Shown: positions 33,423-41,315 of the stretch, piece by piece
Numbering within the stretch: the first letter of the stretch is position 1
Layout of the letters: each line of letters begins with the position of its first letter
Origin: an uncultured Candidatus Saccharibacteria bacterium
GTDB lineage: Bacteria > Patescibacteriota > Minisyncoccia > Phycocordibacterales > Phycocordibacteraceae
Direction of reading: 5' to 3'
DNA length: 41,315 bases
NCBI GenBank assembly: GCA_964404565.1
Contig: CAYOKK010000003.1
Span: forward strand, 1-41,315
Position numbers and translations under genes: made by a program
The notes under the pieces: generated by a model
Told to the model about the DNA's origin: nothing
What the model saw: only the letters and a program-made list of their open reading frames with translations
Database searches by the model: none

Positions 33423-34433
33423 ATGATCGATCTCGCGTACGTCTCGAAACAGCTTCTTAAGTCAGGGAAGGGCATCCTCGCTGCCGACGAGAGCACCCAT
33501 ACGGCAGACAAGCGCCTCGCGCAATACGGCATCACGCCTTCCGAGGAAATGCGCCGGAAGTACCGCGACCTGTTCTTGTCCGCGCCGGGCGCAGAGAAAT
33601 ATCTTTCAGGCGTCATCCTCTATGAAGAGACGCTGACGCAGCGCGCAGACGACGGGACGCCCTTTCCCGAGCTCCTCGCCAAGAAAGGCGTCATCCCCGG
33701 CATCAAGGTAGACCAAGGGCTCGAGCCGTATCCCGAAGGCGGGAAGGAGACGATAACGAAGGGACTGATCGGCCTTCCTGAGCGGCTCGCCGACTACCGC
33801 GCGAAATACGGCACCGGCTTCACGAAGTGGCGCGCGGCGATCACGATAGACGGCACGCAGTTCCCGACAAGCCAGGCGATACATGAGAACATGAAGCGTC
33901 TCGCAACGTATGCGCTCGAAGTGCAGAAGGCCGGTATGGTGCCGATGGTCGAGCCGGAAGTGCTGCTCGCCGGGGCGCACAGCCGCGTGCGCTGCCGCGA
34001 AGTGCTCGCGAAGGTCATCGAGGCGCTCATGCGCGCGCTCGACGATCAGGCGGTGGACCTTTCCTGCGTCATTCTCAAGACATCCATGGCGCTTTCAGGA
34101 AGCGAGAGCGGGCATGCCGATACGCCGGAAGAAGTTGCAGAAGATACTGTGCAGGTACTGCTCGAGCATGTGCCGCGCGAGCTTTCCGGCATCGTGTTCC
34201 TTTCCGGCGGGCAGTCGACGGAGCAGGCGACCGAGAACCTCCGCGCGATAGAGGAGTATGCGCGCGAGCGGAATGCGCCGTGGCCGCTCACGTTCTCGTA
34301 CGCGCGCGCGCTTCAGGACGAGGCGCTGACGCTGTGGGAAGGGAAGGAGGAGAACGTGCCGGCAGCGCGCGAGGCATTCCTTGAGCGCCTGCGCGAAGAC
34401 GCCTGCTTCACGCTCCCCAGTTCAGACTGCTAG
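33423..34433 (+). CDS. fba: Class I fructose-bisphosphate aldolase; start ATG 33423 preferred
   Basis: GKGILAADES, GVILYEET, PGIKVD, KWRA, PMVEPEV, Schiff-base ILKTSM, FLSGGQS, WPLTFSYARALQ. Confidence 0.95.
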   Translation: MIDLAYVSKQLLKSGKGILAADESTHTADKRLAQYGITPSEEMRRKYRDLFLSAPGAEKYLSGVILYEETLTQRADDGTPFPELLAKKGVIPGIKVDQGLEPYPEGGKETITKGLIGLPERLADYRAKYGTGFTKWRAAITIDGTQFPTSQAIHENMKRLATYALEVQKAGMVPMVEPEVLLAGAHSRVRCREVLAKVIEALMRALDDQAVDLSCVILKTSMALSGSESGHADTPEEVAEDTVQVLLEHVPRELSGIVFLSGGQSTEQATENLRAIEEYARERNAPWPLTFSYARALQDEALTLWEGKEENVPAAREAFLERLREDACFTLPSSDC

Positions 34434-34473
34434 GGAGAATTACGAGCGGTATTACCTGCTATCATATCCGTAT

Positions 34474-34725
34474 ATGGACGACGTACAATTCAACGAACCA
34501 GAGATCGCGCGCCCTGTTTCGGCAGCGGCGCCGACAGAAAGCGCGATGACACGGCTTTTTATAAAGTTCGGCATCGCGAAAGACCAGAAGAGCGCTCAGC
34601 GCGCAGGGCTGGTCGTGGCTATCATCGCCATAGCGCTCACGCTGTTCATCATTATTCCCGACAGAGGCCCTGAGCCTGTAGATAATACGATGCTTACGCC
34701 GGGCATGGAGCCGATGGTTCCCTAA
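34474..34725 (+). CDS. Small single-TM hypothetical protein; start ATG 34474
   Basis: MDDVQFNEPE...MTRLFIKFGIAKDQKSAQ, TM GLVVAIIAIALTLFIII; extended -10 TGCTATCAT 8 nt upstream. Confidence 0.7.
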   Translation: MDDVQFNEPEIARPVSAAAPTESAMTRLFIKFGIAKDQKSAQRAGLVVAIIAIALTLFIIIPDRGPEPVDNTMLTPGMEPMVP

Positions 34726-34740
34726 GCAGAATGTCTGAGT

Positions 34741-35229
<489 letters not shown>

Positions 35230-35288
35230 GCGACCGCGCGTTCTGCGGCTTGCCCGCGCGAACGTTTTAGGGCATACTTCCACCTATT

Positions 35289-35930
35289 ATGATCACGCTA
35301 CAAGTTACGCCCCGCACGGAGGTAGGCCGCCGCGCGAAGAAGCTTCTGGACGAAGGGAATATGCCCGGCGTCGTCTACGGCCCTACGCACGATGCGCAGG
35401 CCGTCACGGTCTCTCTCGCTGATTTCACTAAGATCCTTCGCGATGAAGGCGAGACGTCGGTCATCGAGCTTTCCGGCGTCGGCTCGCCGTTCCAGGTGCT
35501 CATCCATGACGTATACCGCGACCCGGTCACGAACGTGCCGCACCACGCCGACTTCTATGCCATCAAGAAGGGCGCGAAGGTCACTGTTTCCGTACCGCTT
35601 TCCTTCGTCGGCGAGTCGCCGGCAGTGAAGCAGGGCGCGAACCTCGTGAAGGTGCTTCATGAGCTCGAAGTCGAATCTGACCCTGCGAAGCTCCCGCATG
35701 AGATCGAGGTAGATATCGCGGGACTCGCTGAAGTCGGCGATCAGATCCACGTGAAGGACCTCGCGCTTCCTTCAGGCGTGGAATCGACCCACGAAGACGA
35801 TGAAGTGGTCGCGCTCATCCAGGAGGTGAAGGAAGAAGAGGAGGAGACTACGGAAGCGCCGGACATGGACGCGATCGAGGTTGAGCAGAAGGGCAAGGAG
35901 GACGAGGAAGAGAGTGAGGACAAGGAGTAA
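35289..35930 (+). CDS. rplY: 50S ribosomal protein L25/Ctc (long form)
   Basis: MPGVVYG, VLIHDVYRDPVT...HADFY, VSVPLSFVGESPAVKQG, LPHEIEVDI, GDQIHVKDL, acidic tail. Confidence 0.95.
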   Translation: MITLQVTPRTEVGRRAKKLLDEGNMPGVVYGPTHDAQAVTVSLADFTKILRDEGETSVIELSGVGSPFQVLIHDVYRDPVTNVPHHADFYAIKKGAKVTVSVPLSFVGESPAVKQGANLVKVLHELEVESDPAKLPHEIEVDIAGLAEVGDQIHVKDLALPSGVESTHEDDEVVALIQEVKEEEEETTEAPDMDAIEVEQKGKEDEEESEDKE

Positions 35931-35953
35931 TATTCTGACACTCAACTTGCATG

Positions 35954-35991
35954 TGAAAGCGGGACTCGAAATGAGTGCCGCTTTCATTTTT
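35954..35991 (+). terminator. Intrinsic terminator after rplY
   Basis: TGAAAGCGGgACTC-gaaat-GAGTgCCGCTTTCA followed by T5. Confidence 0.8.
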
Positions 35992-36060
35992 CTCCTATTC
36001 TTACGCATTGTGTAAGTTCGCGTAGCGTCCTGCGTCTCAGATGATATACTGTCTCACTGT

Positions 36061-37443
36061 ATGCTGTTCTTGTATCGCTCGCGCATAAGCGCGCTCATAG
36101 CCGTTCCTCTCGCGCTCGTCGCTGCCGCTTTTTTCGTACACCCGTATCTCACCAGCGCACAGTCTGCGCAATCTATAGCAGAACGCCGTGCCGAGCTTCA
36201 GGCCGAGCTCGATCGCCTCGAGGCAGAGATAGCGCAGACGCAGAGCACCCTCACCGGCCTCAAGGGAGAAGGGCAGTCTATCCAGCGCGACATAAATATC
36301 CTGGATGCGGGCATAAAGAAATCCCAGCTCCAGATCCAGGCGACGCAGGTGCAGATCGACGCGCTCGCGCAGAATATCGTAGTGCATTCCAATACCATCG
36401 GCGAGCTTTCGAGCGACCTTGAGAGCGAGCGGGAGTCTCTCGCGCAGATCCTGCGCACGACTAACGAGATCGATGACTACTCGCTCATCGAGGTGGTCAT
36501 GTCGGCCGAAGACGTCTCGAGCTTCTTCGGCGACCTTGATTCCTTCGTCGCGCTGAAGCAGGCGCTCGGAGAATCGAGCAGCCAGCTCATACGGACCCGC
36601 ACGGCGACGGAGACTGAGAAAGATGCGCTCGTCGATCAGAAGTCCGAGCAGGAACGTCTGCGCGGCATCCAGGCCGCAGAGAAAGCGAGTATCGTGAAGC
36701 AGCAGAATCAGAAGAAGGTGCTGCTTGCGCAGAACAAGAACGAGACCGCCCACTACCAGAGCATCTTCGACACGCAGCAGAAGTCGGCTGCGCAGATCCG
36801 CGCCGAGCTCTTCGCGCTTGCCGGCGGCAGCGGGCAGATCTCGCTTCCGGTCGCCATCACCCTTGCCAAGCAGGCAGGTGCCGCGACCGGCGTCAGCCCT
36901 GCGCTCATTCTCGGCATCTTGAAGCAGGAGACGAATCTCGGCCAGAACGTCGGCCAGTGCCTCCTCACGAACTCGCCGAACAAGGGCGACGGAAAAGGGA
37001 AGAACACGGGCACGCCGTTCGCGGGCGTTATGAAGCCGACGCGCGACGTGGATCCGTTCATGCAGATCACTGCGCGGCTCGGCATCGACCCGTACAGCCA
37101 GCCGGTATCCTGCCCGCCTTCGTACGGCTACGGCGGCGCGATGGGCCCTTCCCAGTTCATTCCTTCGACCTGGGTGCTCTATGAGAGCCGAATCGCGAGC
37201 GCGCTGGGCATAAGCAAGGCATCGGTGAACCCGTGGAATAACCTGCATGCTTTCACGGCGACCGCGATGCTCCTCGCCGACAACGGCGCCACGGCCAAGA
37301 CCTATGATGCCGAGCGCATGGCCGCGCTCCGCTACTTTGCGGGCTGGGGGAACGCTTCGAACCCTGCCTACGCCTTCTACGGTGACAGCGTAATGGGCTT
37401 TGCCGCGCAGTTCGAGAGCGATATCGAGACGCTCGGGGGTTAG
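36061..37443 (+). CDS. Secreted coiled-coil lytic murein transglycosylase (PcsB/CwlO-like coiled coil plus lysozyme-like/MltB-like domain)
   Basis: Signal peptide; long heptad region; ILKQETNLG (candidate catalytic Glu); GAMGPSQFIPSTW. Confidence 0.85.
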   Translation: MLFLYRSRISALIAVPLALVAAAFFVHPYLTSAQSAQSIAERRAELQAELDRLEAEIAQTQSTLTGLKGEGQSIQRDINILDAGIKKSQLQIQATQVQIDALAQNIVVHSNTIGELSSDLESERESLAQILRTTNEIDDYSLIEVVMSAEDVSSFFGDLDSFVALKQALGESSSQLIRTRTATETEKDALVDQKSEQERLRGIQAAEKASIVKQQNQKKVLLAQNKNETAHYQSIFDTQQKSAAQIRAELFALAGGSGQISLPVAITLAKQAGAATGVSPALILGILKQETNLGQNVGQCLLTNSPNKGDGKGKNTGTPFAGVMKPTRDVDPFMQITARLGIDPYSQPVSCPPSYGYGGAMGPSQFIPSTWVLYESRIASALGISKASVNPWNNLHAFTATAMLLADNGATAKTYDAERMAALRYFAGWGNASNPAYAFYGDSVMGFAAQFESDIETLGG

Positions 37444-37463
37444 ATACCAGAGTTTTGGCAGGG

Positions 37464-37490
37464 AAAGCCGCGTTCTGCGGCTTTTTTCTT
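37464..37490 (+). terminator. Intrinsic terminator after the transglycosylase gene
   Basis: AAAGCCGC-gttct-GCGGCTTT followed by TTTCTT. Confidence 0.8.
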
Positions 37491-37540
37491 ATCCCCATCT
37501 TTCATTACGGCCATCAAACAGCCTTTTATATACTGAAATC

Positions 37541-38560
37541 ATGAACGATATGCCATCGCCGGCTCCTGCGAGCCCGGCACCGCCACCCCCTGCAGAACCC
37601 CGTGCGCGCCGCCGCTACCCATTCCATTCGCGGAAAGCGCTCATAGCGTCAGTGATCGTAGGAGTACTCATTCTTCTTGCAGTCATCGCCGCACTTCCCG
37701 TCGGCGGCGACAATCTTTGGCACCGCGCGTACGCTGTCTGGCAGCTGCGGGGCATGCAAGTAGCGGAAGGCTTCGACGCTTCGGTAGAGCCGCAGAGCTT
37801 CGGCCTCACCGGCCTCACGCCGTACGTCGTCGAAGGCGTGAAGGAAGGCGAGACCCTCGGCGACTACGCGTACGCCAGCGGCGTTACGGCGGCCGTGCTC
37901 CGCACGGCCGCGGGCGATCCCGGCCAGGTCTATTTCCTCGGCAAGGAGCGCCGCGCGCTCACGGATTCCGACGGCGCCAAGGCGCTGGTCGATATCTCTC
38001 CAGATGGCAATTTCGTCGCCTTCTCCGTGGCAACCTCAAGCGATACGCTCCCGACAACCCTCTCCGGCTGGGAGCTTCACCTATACAATCTCTCCGAAGG
38101 CACTGACGTTAACCTCGGCACTGGCATCGGCGCGCAGTTCTTCGAGCGTGACGGCAAGATCTGGCTCCTCTCAACCAATCCCGAGGGCTTGAGCGTTACG
38201 GACGTAGAGTCTATGAAAGGTTTTACGACTACAACCTTCGAATTTCTAGACGATATCAGCTTCATCGCGCGCATCTCGCCCGATGGCCAGCACATCGCCC
38301 TACGTAACAGCGCGAATAATCAGTTCGGTTTATATGAGATTTACCGTCTCGATTCGAACGTCCCGATGGGAATCCGTCCGCTTTCAGCCGATCTCTCGAG
38401 CTTCGCGGACGTTGCTCTCGCCGAAGGGGGGCTATATGGCGCTACGTTCCCTGATTCTGAGCAGGAGGTGGAAATTCAGGCAGTCTCCTATGACGATGAG
38501 AGTCAGGGAGGCACCCTTTACTCTTTCCCGACCGACGCACCGTACCGCTTTATGGAATAA
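37541..38560 (+). CDS. Membrane-anchored hypothetical protein with TolB/WD40-like beta-propeller repeats; start ATG 37541
   Basis: Pro-rich N-terminus, TM ALIASVIVGVLILLAVIAAL, two ISPDG motifs; TATACT 6 nt before ATG 37541. Confidence 0.65.
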   Translation: MNDMPSPAPASPAPPPPAEPRARRRYPFHSRKALIASVIVGVLILLAVIAALPVGGDNLWHRAYAVWQLRGMQVAEGFDASVEPQSFGLTGLTPYVVEGVKEGETLGDYAYASGVTAAVLRTAAGDPGQVYFLGKERRALTDSDGAKALVDISPDGNFVAFSVATSSDTLPTTLSGWELHLYNLSEGTDVNLGTGIGAQFFERDGKIWLLSTNPEGLSVTDVESMKGFTTTTFEFLDDISFIARISPDGQHIALRNSANNQFGLYEIYRLDSNVPMGIRPLSADLSSFADVALAEGGLYGATFPDSEQEVEIQAVSYDDESQGGTLYSFPTDAPYRFME

Positions 38561-38562
38561 TC

Positions 38563-41315
38563 ATGCGTATGAGTAAAAAAGTCTTTTTTACCTCATTTTT
38601 CATCCTCGCAGGTATTACTGCAGGAAGCTGGCACGCGAGTATGGCGCATGCCATGATGCCGCCCGGAGATGGGGGAGGAGGGGGAGGGACCACGTCCACG
38701 CCGACTGCATCGATATCCGCATCGCCGACGACCATAGATGCGGGCGGATCCACCACGCTGAGTTGGAATTCTTCGGACACCTCTTCCTGCTCTATTTCCG
38801 GCGGAGTGGGAACAGTTACCGCCAACACTAGCGGCAACAGAAACGTATCTCCAGGCTCTACGACAACCTACACCATTTCTTGCGGAGGAGGGGGTTCTGA
38901 CAGCGTTACAGTAACCGTCAATGCCGCCGCTCCTGAGCCAGTCAACGTTTCCTGTACCGTTCCCTCGACGGCGCCAGTGAATACGTCTGTACAGTGGAGC
39001 AGTTTTGCGTCAGGCGGCACGAGCCAAAGCACCAGCTATAGCTGGGAATATACGGGAACTGGCCGCACCAAGATCTGCACCGGCGGTTCACAGACCACGA
39101 ATATTCAGAACACCTGTCCGGGAGGAGACCTGTTCAACGGAGGTTCGTGCTCCGCTAGTCAATCGGGAGACATATGCCGTCATGCTCCGGTAGATTGCCG
39201 CGCATTCCCGCCAGCAGAGCGCAATGAAGACGGCAGCATCACGTATCACGTGCTCTATGGAAACGTAGACCACTACCAGTGTCAGCCGCAGACCACAGCT
39301 TCCGACCCGACCTATAGCTACTCTTGGTCTGGCGCGTTCACCAGCTCGTCCCAAAATCCCTCGACATCATTCTCTTCAGCGGGAAGCAAGACGGGAACGG
39401 TGCGGGCAACTGCCGACTCTGGATATGCAACAGACAGCTGCGTGACGAATATCGCCGCCGTGCCGACGGTGAATCTCACCGCTAGCCCTTCATCAATTAC
39501 TTCAGGCAGCTCCTCGACGCTCACCTGGACCTCTAATAATGCGTCCGGGTGTACGAGCCCCGATTTCTCGACCTTCGATGCGACATCAGGGTCCCTGACG
39601 GTATCGCCGGGAAGCACCAAGACGTATCATATAACGTGTACGGGCGACGGCGGCAGCGCCTCCGATACAGCAAGTGTTACTGTTACTGCCGCGCCGGCTG
39701 GCGCGCCCACCGTCACCCTCTCCGCAAGCCCTTCATCGATCACCTCCGGCAGCTCCTCGACGCTCACCTGGACCTCGACGAACGCGACGTCCTGCTCTCT
39801 CGACCACAGCATCGGCTCGGTTACCCCTGGCACGAACAAGACCAGGAGCGTCTCGCCGACCGTGAGCACGACCTACACGATCACCTGTACCGGCGCTGGC
39901 GGTGAAGCGAACGATTCGGCGAGCGTAACGGTTACTACCGTTGAGGAACCACCGACAGGTGCCGCAGATCTCACCGCGGGTACCACCCAGCTCTCTGATG
40001 CGGCGCCCACGGCCGGAGATTCCCTGACGTTCAGGGCACTGGTCAGCAATATTGGAGATGCAGGTTCCGGCGGGTTCCCGACGCGTTTCCAGGTTGCCAA
40101 CGAAGCCAGGACGCAGACGCTTGCGAACGTCGTGACGGGAGGATACCTCACCCTTGCGGCAGGAGAGTCGTCTACCGTCCAGTCTCCGTCTTACACTTTT
40201 TCGACGGCAGGAACGTACAGTGTCCGCGCCTGCGCGAACCAGAATGCGAGCGGTACGAACATTACATCCGAATCAAATTACAGCAATAACTGCGGCGCGT
40301 GGACGGCGGTTACGGTCGGTAGTGCAGTCGCTACCGTTCCGTCAGACCTCACGGCGGGAAGCATTACGCCGACGTCTGCTGAAGCAAGCCAGGCAGTCAT
40401 TCTCAAATCCACTATCTCGAACATCGGCGACGGTTCGACCGTGAACAGCTTCATGACGCTCTTCCAGAAGTCGTATACCCCTGACGGATCAACGGCGACC
40501 ACTATCGACACGGCCTCGGTCAGCTTCATAGACGCGGGCGGTTCCCGGGTCGCCAGCGTGCCGTATTCGTTCCCTACGACAGGAACCTTCTACGTCCGCG
40601 CCTGCGCCGACAAGAGCTCTGTAAGCGATGCAGGAGATATCGCGGAGAGCAACGAGAACAATAACTGCGGCGCGTGGACGGCGGTTACGGTCGGAAGTGC
40701 TCCTGCAGGCCTCACCTGCACGGCATCCGCCTCATCCGTAACCCGAGGGGATGACATCACCTACACCGCCCGCAACGGCTCAGGAACGGACTACACCTGG
40801 TCCGCCGTTGCCCCGCCGACGCCGATCAACGGAAGCTTTCCAAACAGCCCATCCATAACGGTATCAACTCCAAGTACAGGAACGTATAGGTTCCAGGTTC
40901 GTAACTCAGGCGTTACCGTGACGTGTCCTGACGTGACGGTTGGGACAGGGGAACAGACTCTCCCGTACACCTATTGCCGTGTGGATCGTACGACAATAGC
41001 GCCTGGAGAGAGTGTTACCTACACTGCATCATTGGAAGGTGGCGATACTAACTATGAAAATGATTACTACTGGGGGGCAATATTTGATGGATATCAGATG
41101 TTACCCAGAGAATATCCGGCAACGGATACCATCACTAGAACGTACCAAAGAGTTGGCACGTATACCCAGACCGCTGGAGCAACAGGTCATGCTACGGTTA
41201 ACTGCCCTGCCGTGACCGTCTCCGACGCACCTGTCTGCACCAACCCCACCGCCACCATCACTGCCAACAAGGACCGCGTACAGCCGGGCGACACGGTCGT
41301 GCTCACGTACGACGC
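38563..41315 (+). CDS. Large secreted S/T-rich protein with Ig/PKD-like and two CARDB-like domains, truncated by the window end (over 917 aa; absent from the ORF track)
   Basis: Translated by hand with no stop: MRMSKKVFFTSFFILAG...AHA signal; SASPSSITSGSSSTLTW...C...TYTITC repeats; DLTAG...SNIGD...VRACA...ESN..NNCGAWTAVTV twice. Confidence 0.85.
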   Translation, partial: MRMSKKVFFTSFFILAGITAGSWHASMAHAMMPPGDGGGGGGTTSTPTASISASPTTIDAGGSTTLSWNSSDTSSCSISGGVGTVTANTSGNRNVSPGSTTTYTISCGGGGSDSVTVTVNAAAPEPVNVSCTVPSTAPVNTSVQWSSFASGGTSQSTSYSWEYTGTGRTKICTGGSQTTNIQNTCPGGDLFNGGSCSASQSGDICRHAPVDCRAFPPAERNEDGSITYHVLYGNVDHYQCQPQTTASDPTYSYSWSGAFTSSSQNPSTSFSSAGSKTGTVRATADSGYATDSCVTNIAAVPTVNLTASPSSITSGSSSTLTWTSNNASGCTSPDFSTFDATSGSLTVSPGSTKTYHITCTGDGGSASDTASVTVTAAPAGAPTVTLSASPSSITSGSSSTLTWTSTNATSCSLDHSIGSVTPGTNKTRSVSPTVSTTYTITCTGAGGEANDSASVTVTTVEEPPTGAADLTAGTTQLSDAAPTAGDSLTFRALVSNIGDAGSGGFPTRFQVANEARTQTLANVVTGGYLTLAAGESSTVQSPSYTFSTAGTYSVRACANQNASGTNITSESNYSNNCGAWTAVTVGSAVATVPSDLTAGSITPTSAEASQAVILKSTISNIGDGSTVNSFMTLFQKSYTPDGSTATTIDTASVSFIDAGGSRVASVPYSFPTTGTFYVRACADKSSVSDAGDIAESNENNNCGAWTAVTVGSAPAGLTCTASASSVTRGDDITYTARNGSGTDYTWSAVAPPTPINGSFPNSPSITVSTPSTGTYRFQVRNSGVTVTCPDVTVGTGEQTLPYTYCRVDRTTIAPGESVTYTASLEGGDTNYENDYYWGAIFDGYQMLPREYPATDTITRTYQRVGTYTQTAGATGHATVNCPAVTVSDAPVCTNPTATITANKDRVQPGDTVVLTYD
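40284..40694 (+). repeat. 36-bp identical repeat ending each CARDB-like domain (40284-40319 and 40659-40694); also a 29-bp pair at 39505-39533 and 39748-39776
   Basis: CAATAACTGCGGCGCGTGGACGGCGGTTACGGTCGG; GGCAGCTCCTCGACGCTCACCTGGACCTC. Confidence 0.85.

Noticed and set aside
34398-34414. fba 3' end (EDACFTL; GACGCCTGCTTCACGCT) resembling the pilin RGFTL start, as a possible pilin remnant
   Set aside because: Only about 10 contiguous bases match and the IELLVV-coding tract does not follow
35237-37483. 15-bp match CGCGTTCTGCGGCTT after pilin 5 (35237) and in the terminator (37469)
   Set aside because: One 15-mer match is roughly expected by chance in 41 kb, and the first copy lacks the partner arm

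Overview
GC-rich bacterial chromosome segment using the standard genetic code (TGA is a stop). Gene content and style most resemble Patescibacteria/CPR (Parcubacteria-like); this is inference from the split transketolase, many GFTLIELL prepilins, a giant HTH-tipped fibre protein and SD-less starts. Order: secA, obgE, gatB; an HTH-acidic-TM protein; a 600-bp palindrome-rich intergenic region; a 17.4-kb gene for a 5796-aa protein (N-terminal HTH, TM, phage-tail-fibre-like repeats, S74 autocleaving chaperone, Ig-like tail); a Gly-rich secreted protein; a central-carbon cluster (gap, rpiB, rpe, split tkt, PfkB kinase, class I fba) interleaved with five different type IV pilin-like genes and three small membrane-protein genes; then rplY, a coiled-coil lytic transglycosylase, a membrane-anchored beta-propeller-like protein and a truncated Ig/CARDB surface protein missing from the ORF track. 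The two best candidates for an undescribed system are (1) the dispersed pilin set with near-identical 5' tracts and mosaic 3' ends, and (2) the pair of paralogous membrane-tethered HTH proteins, one of them heading the giant fibre, flanking long perfect palindromes. No rRNA, tRNA, CRISPR array, transposase or integrase was seen.
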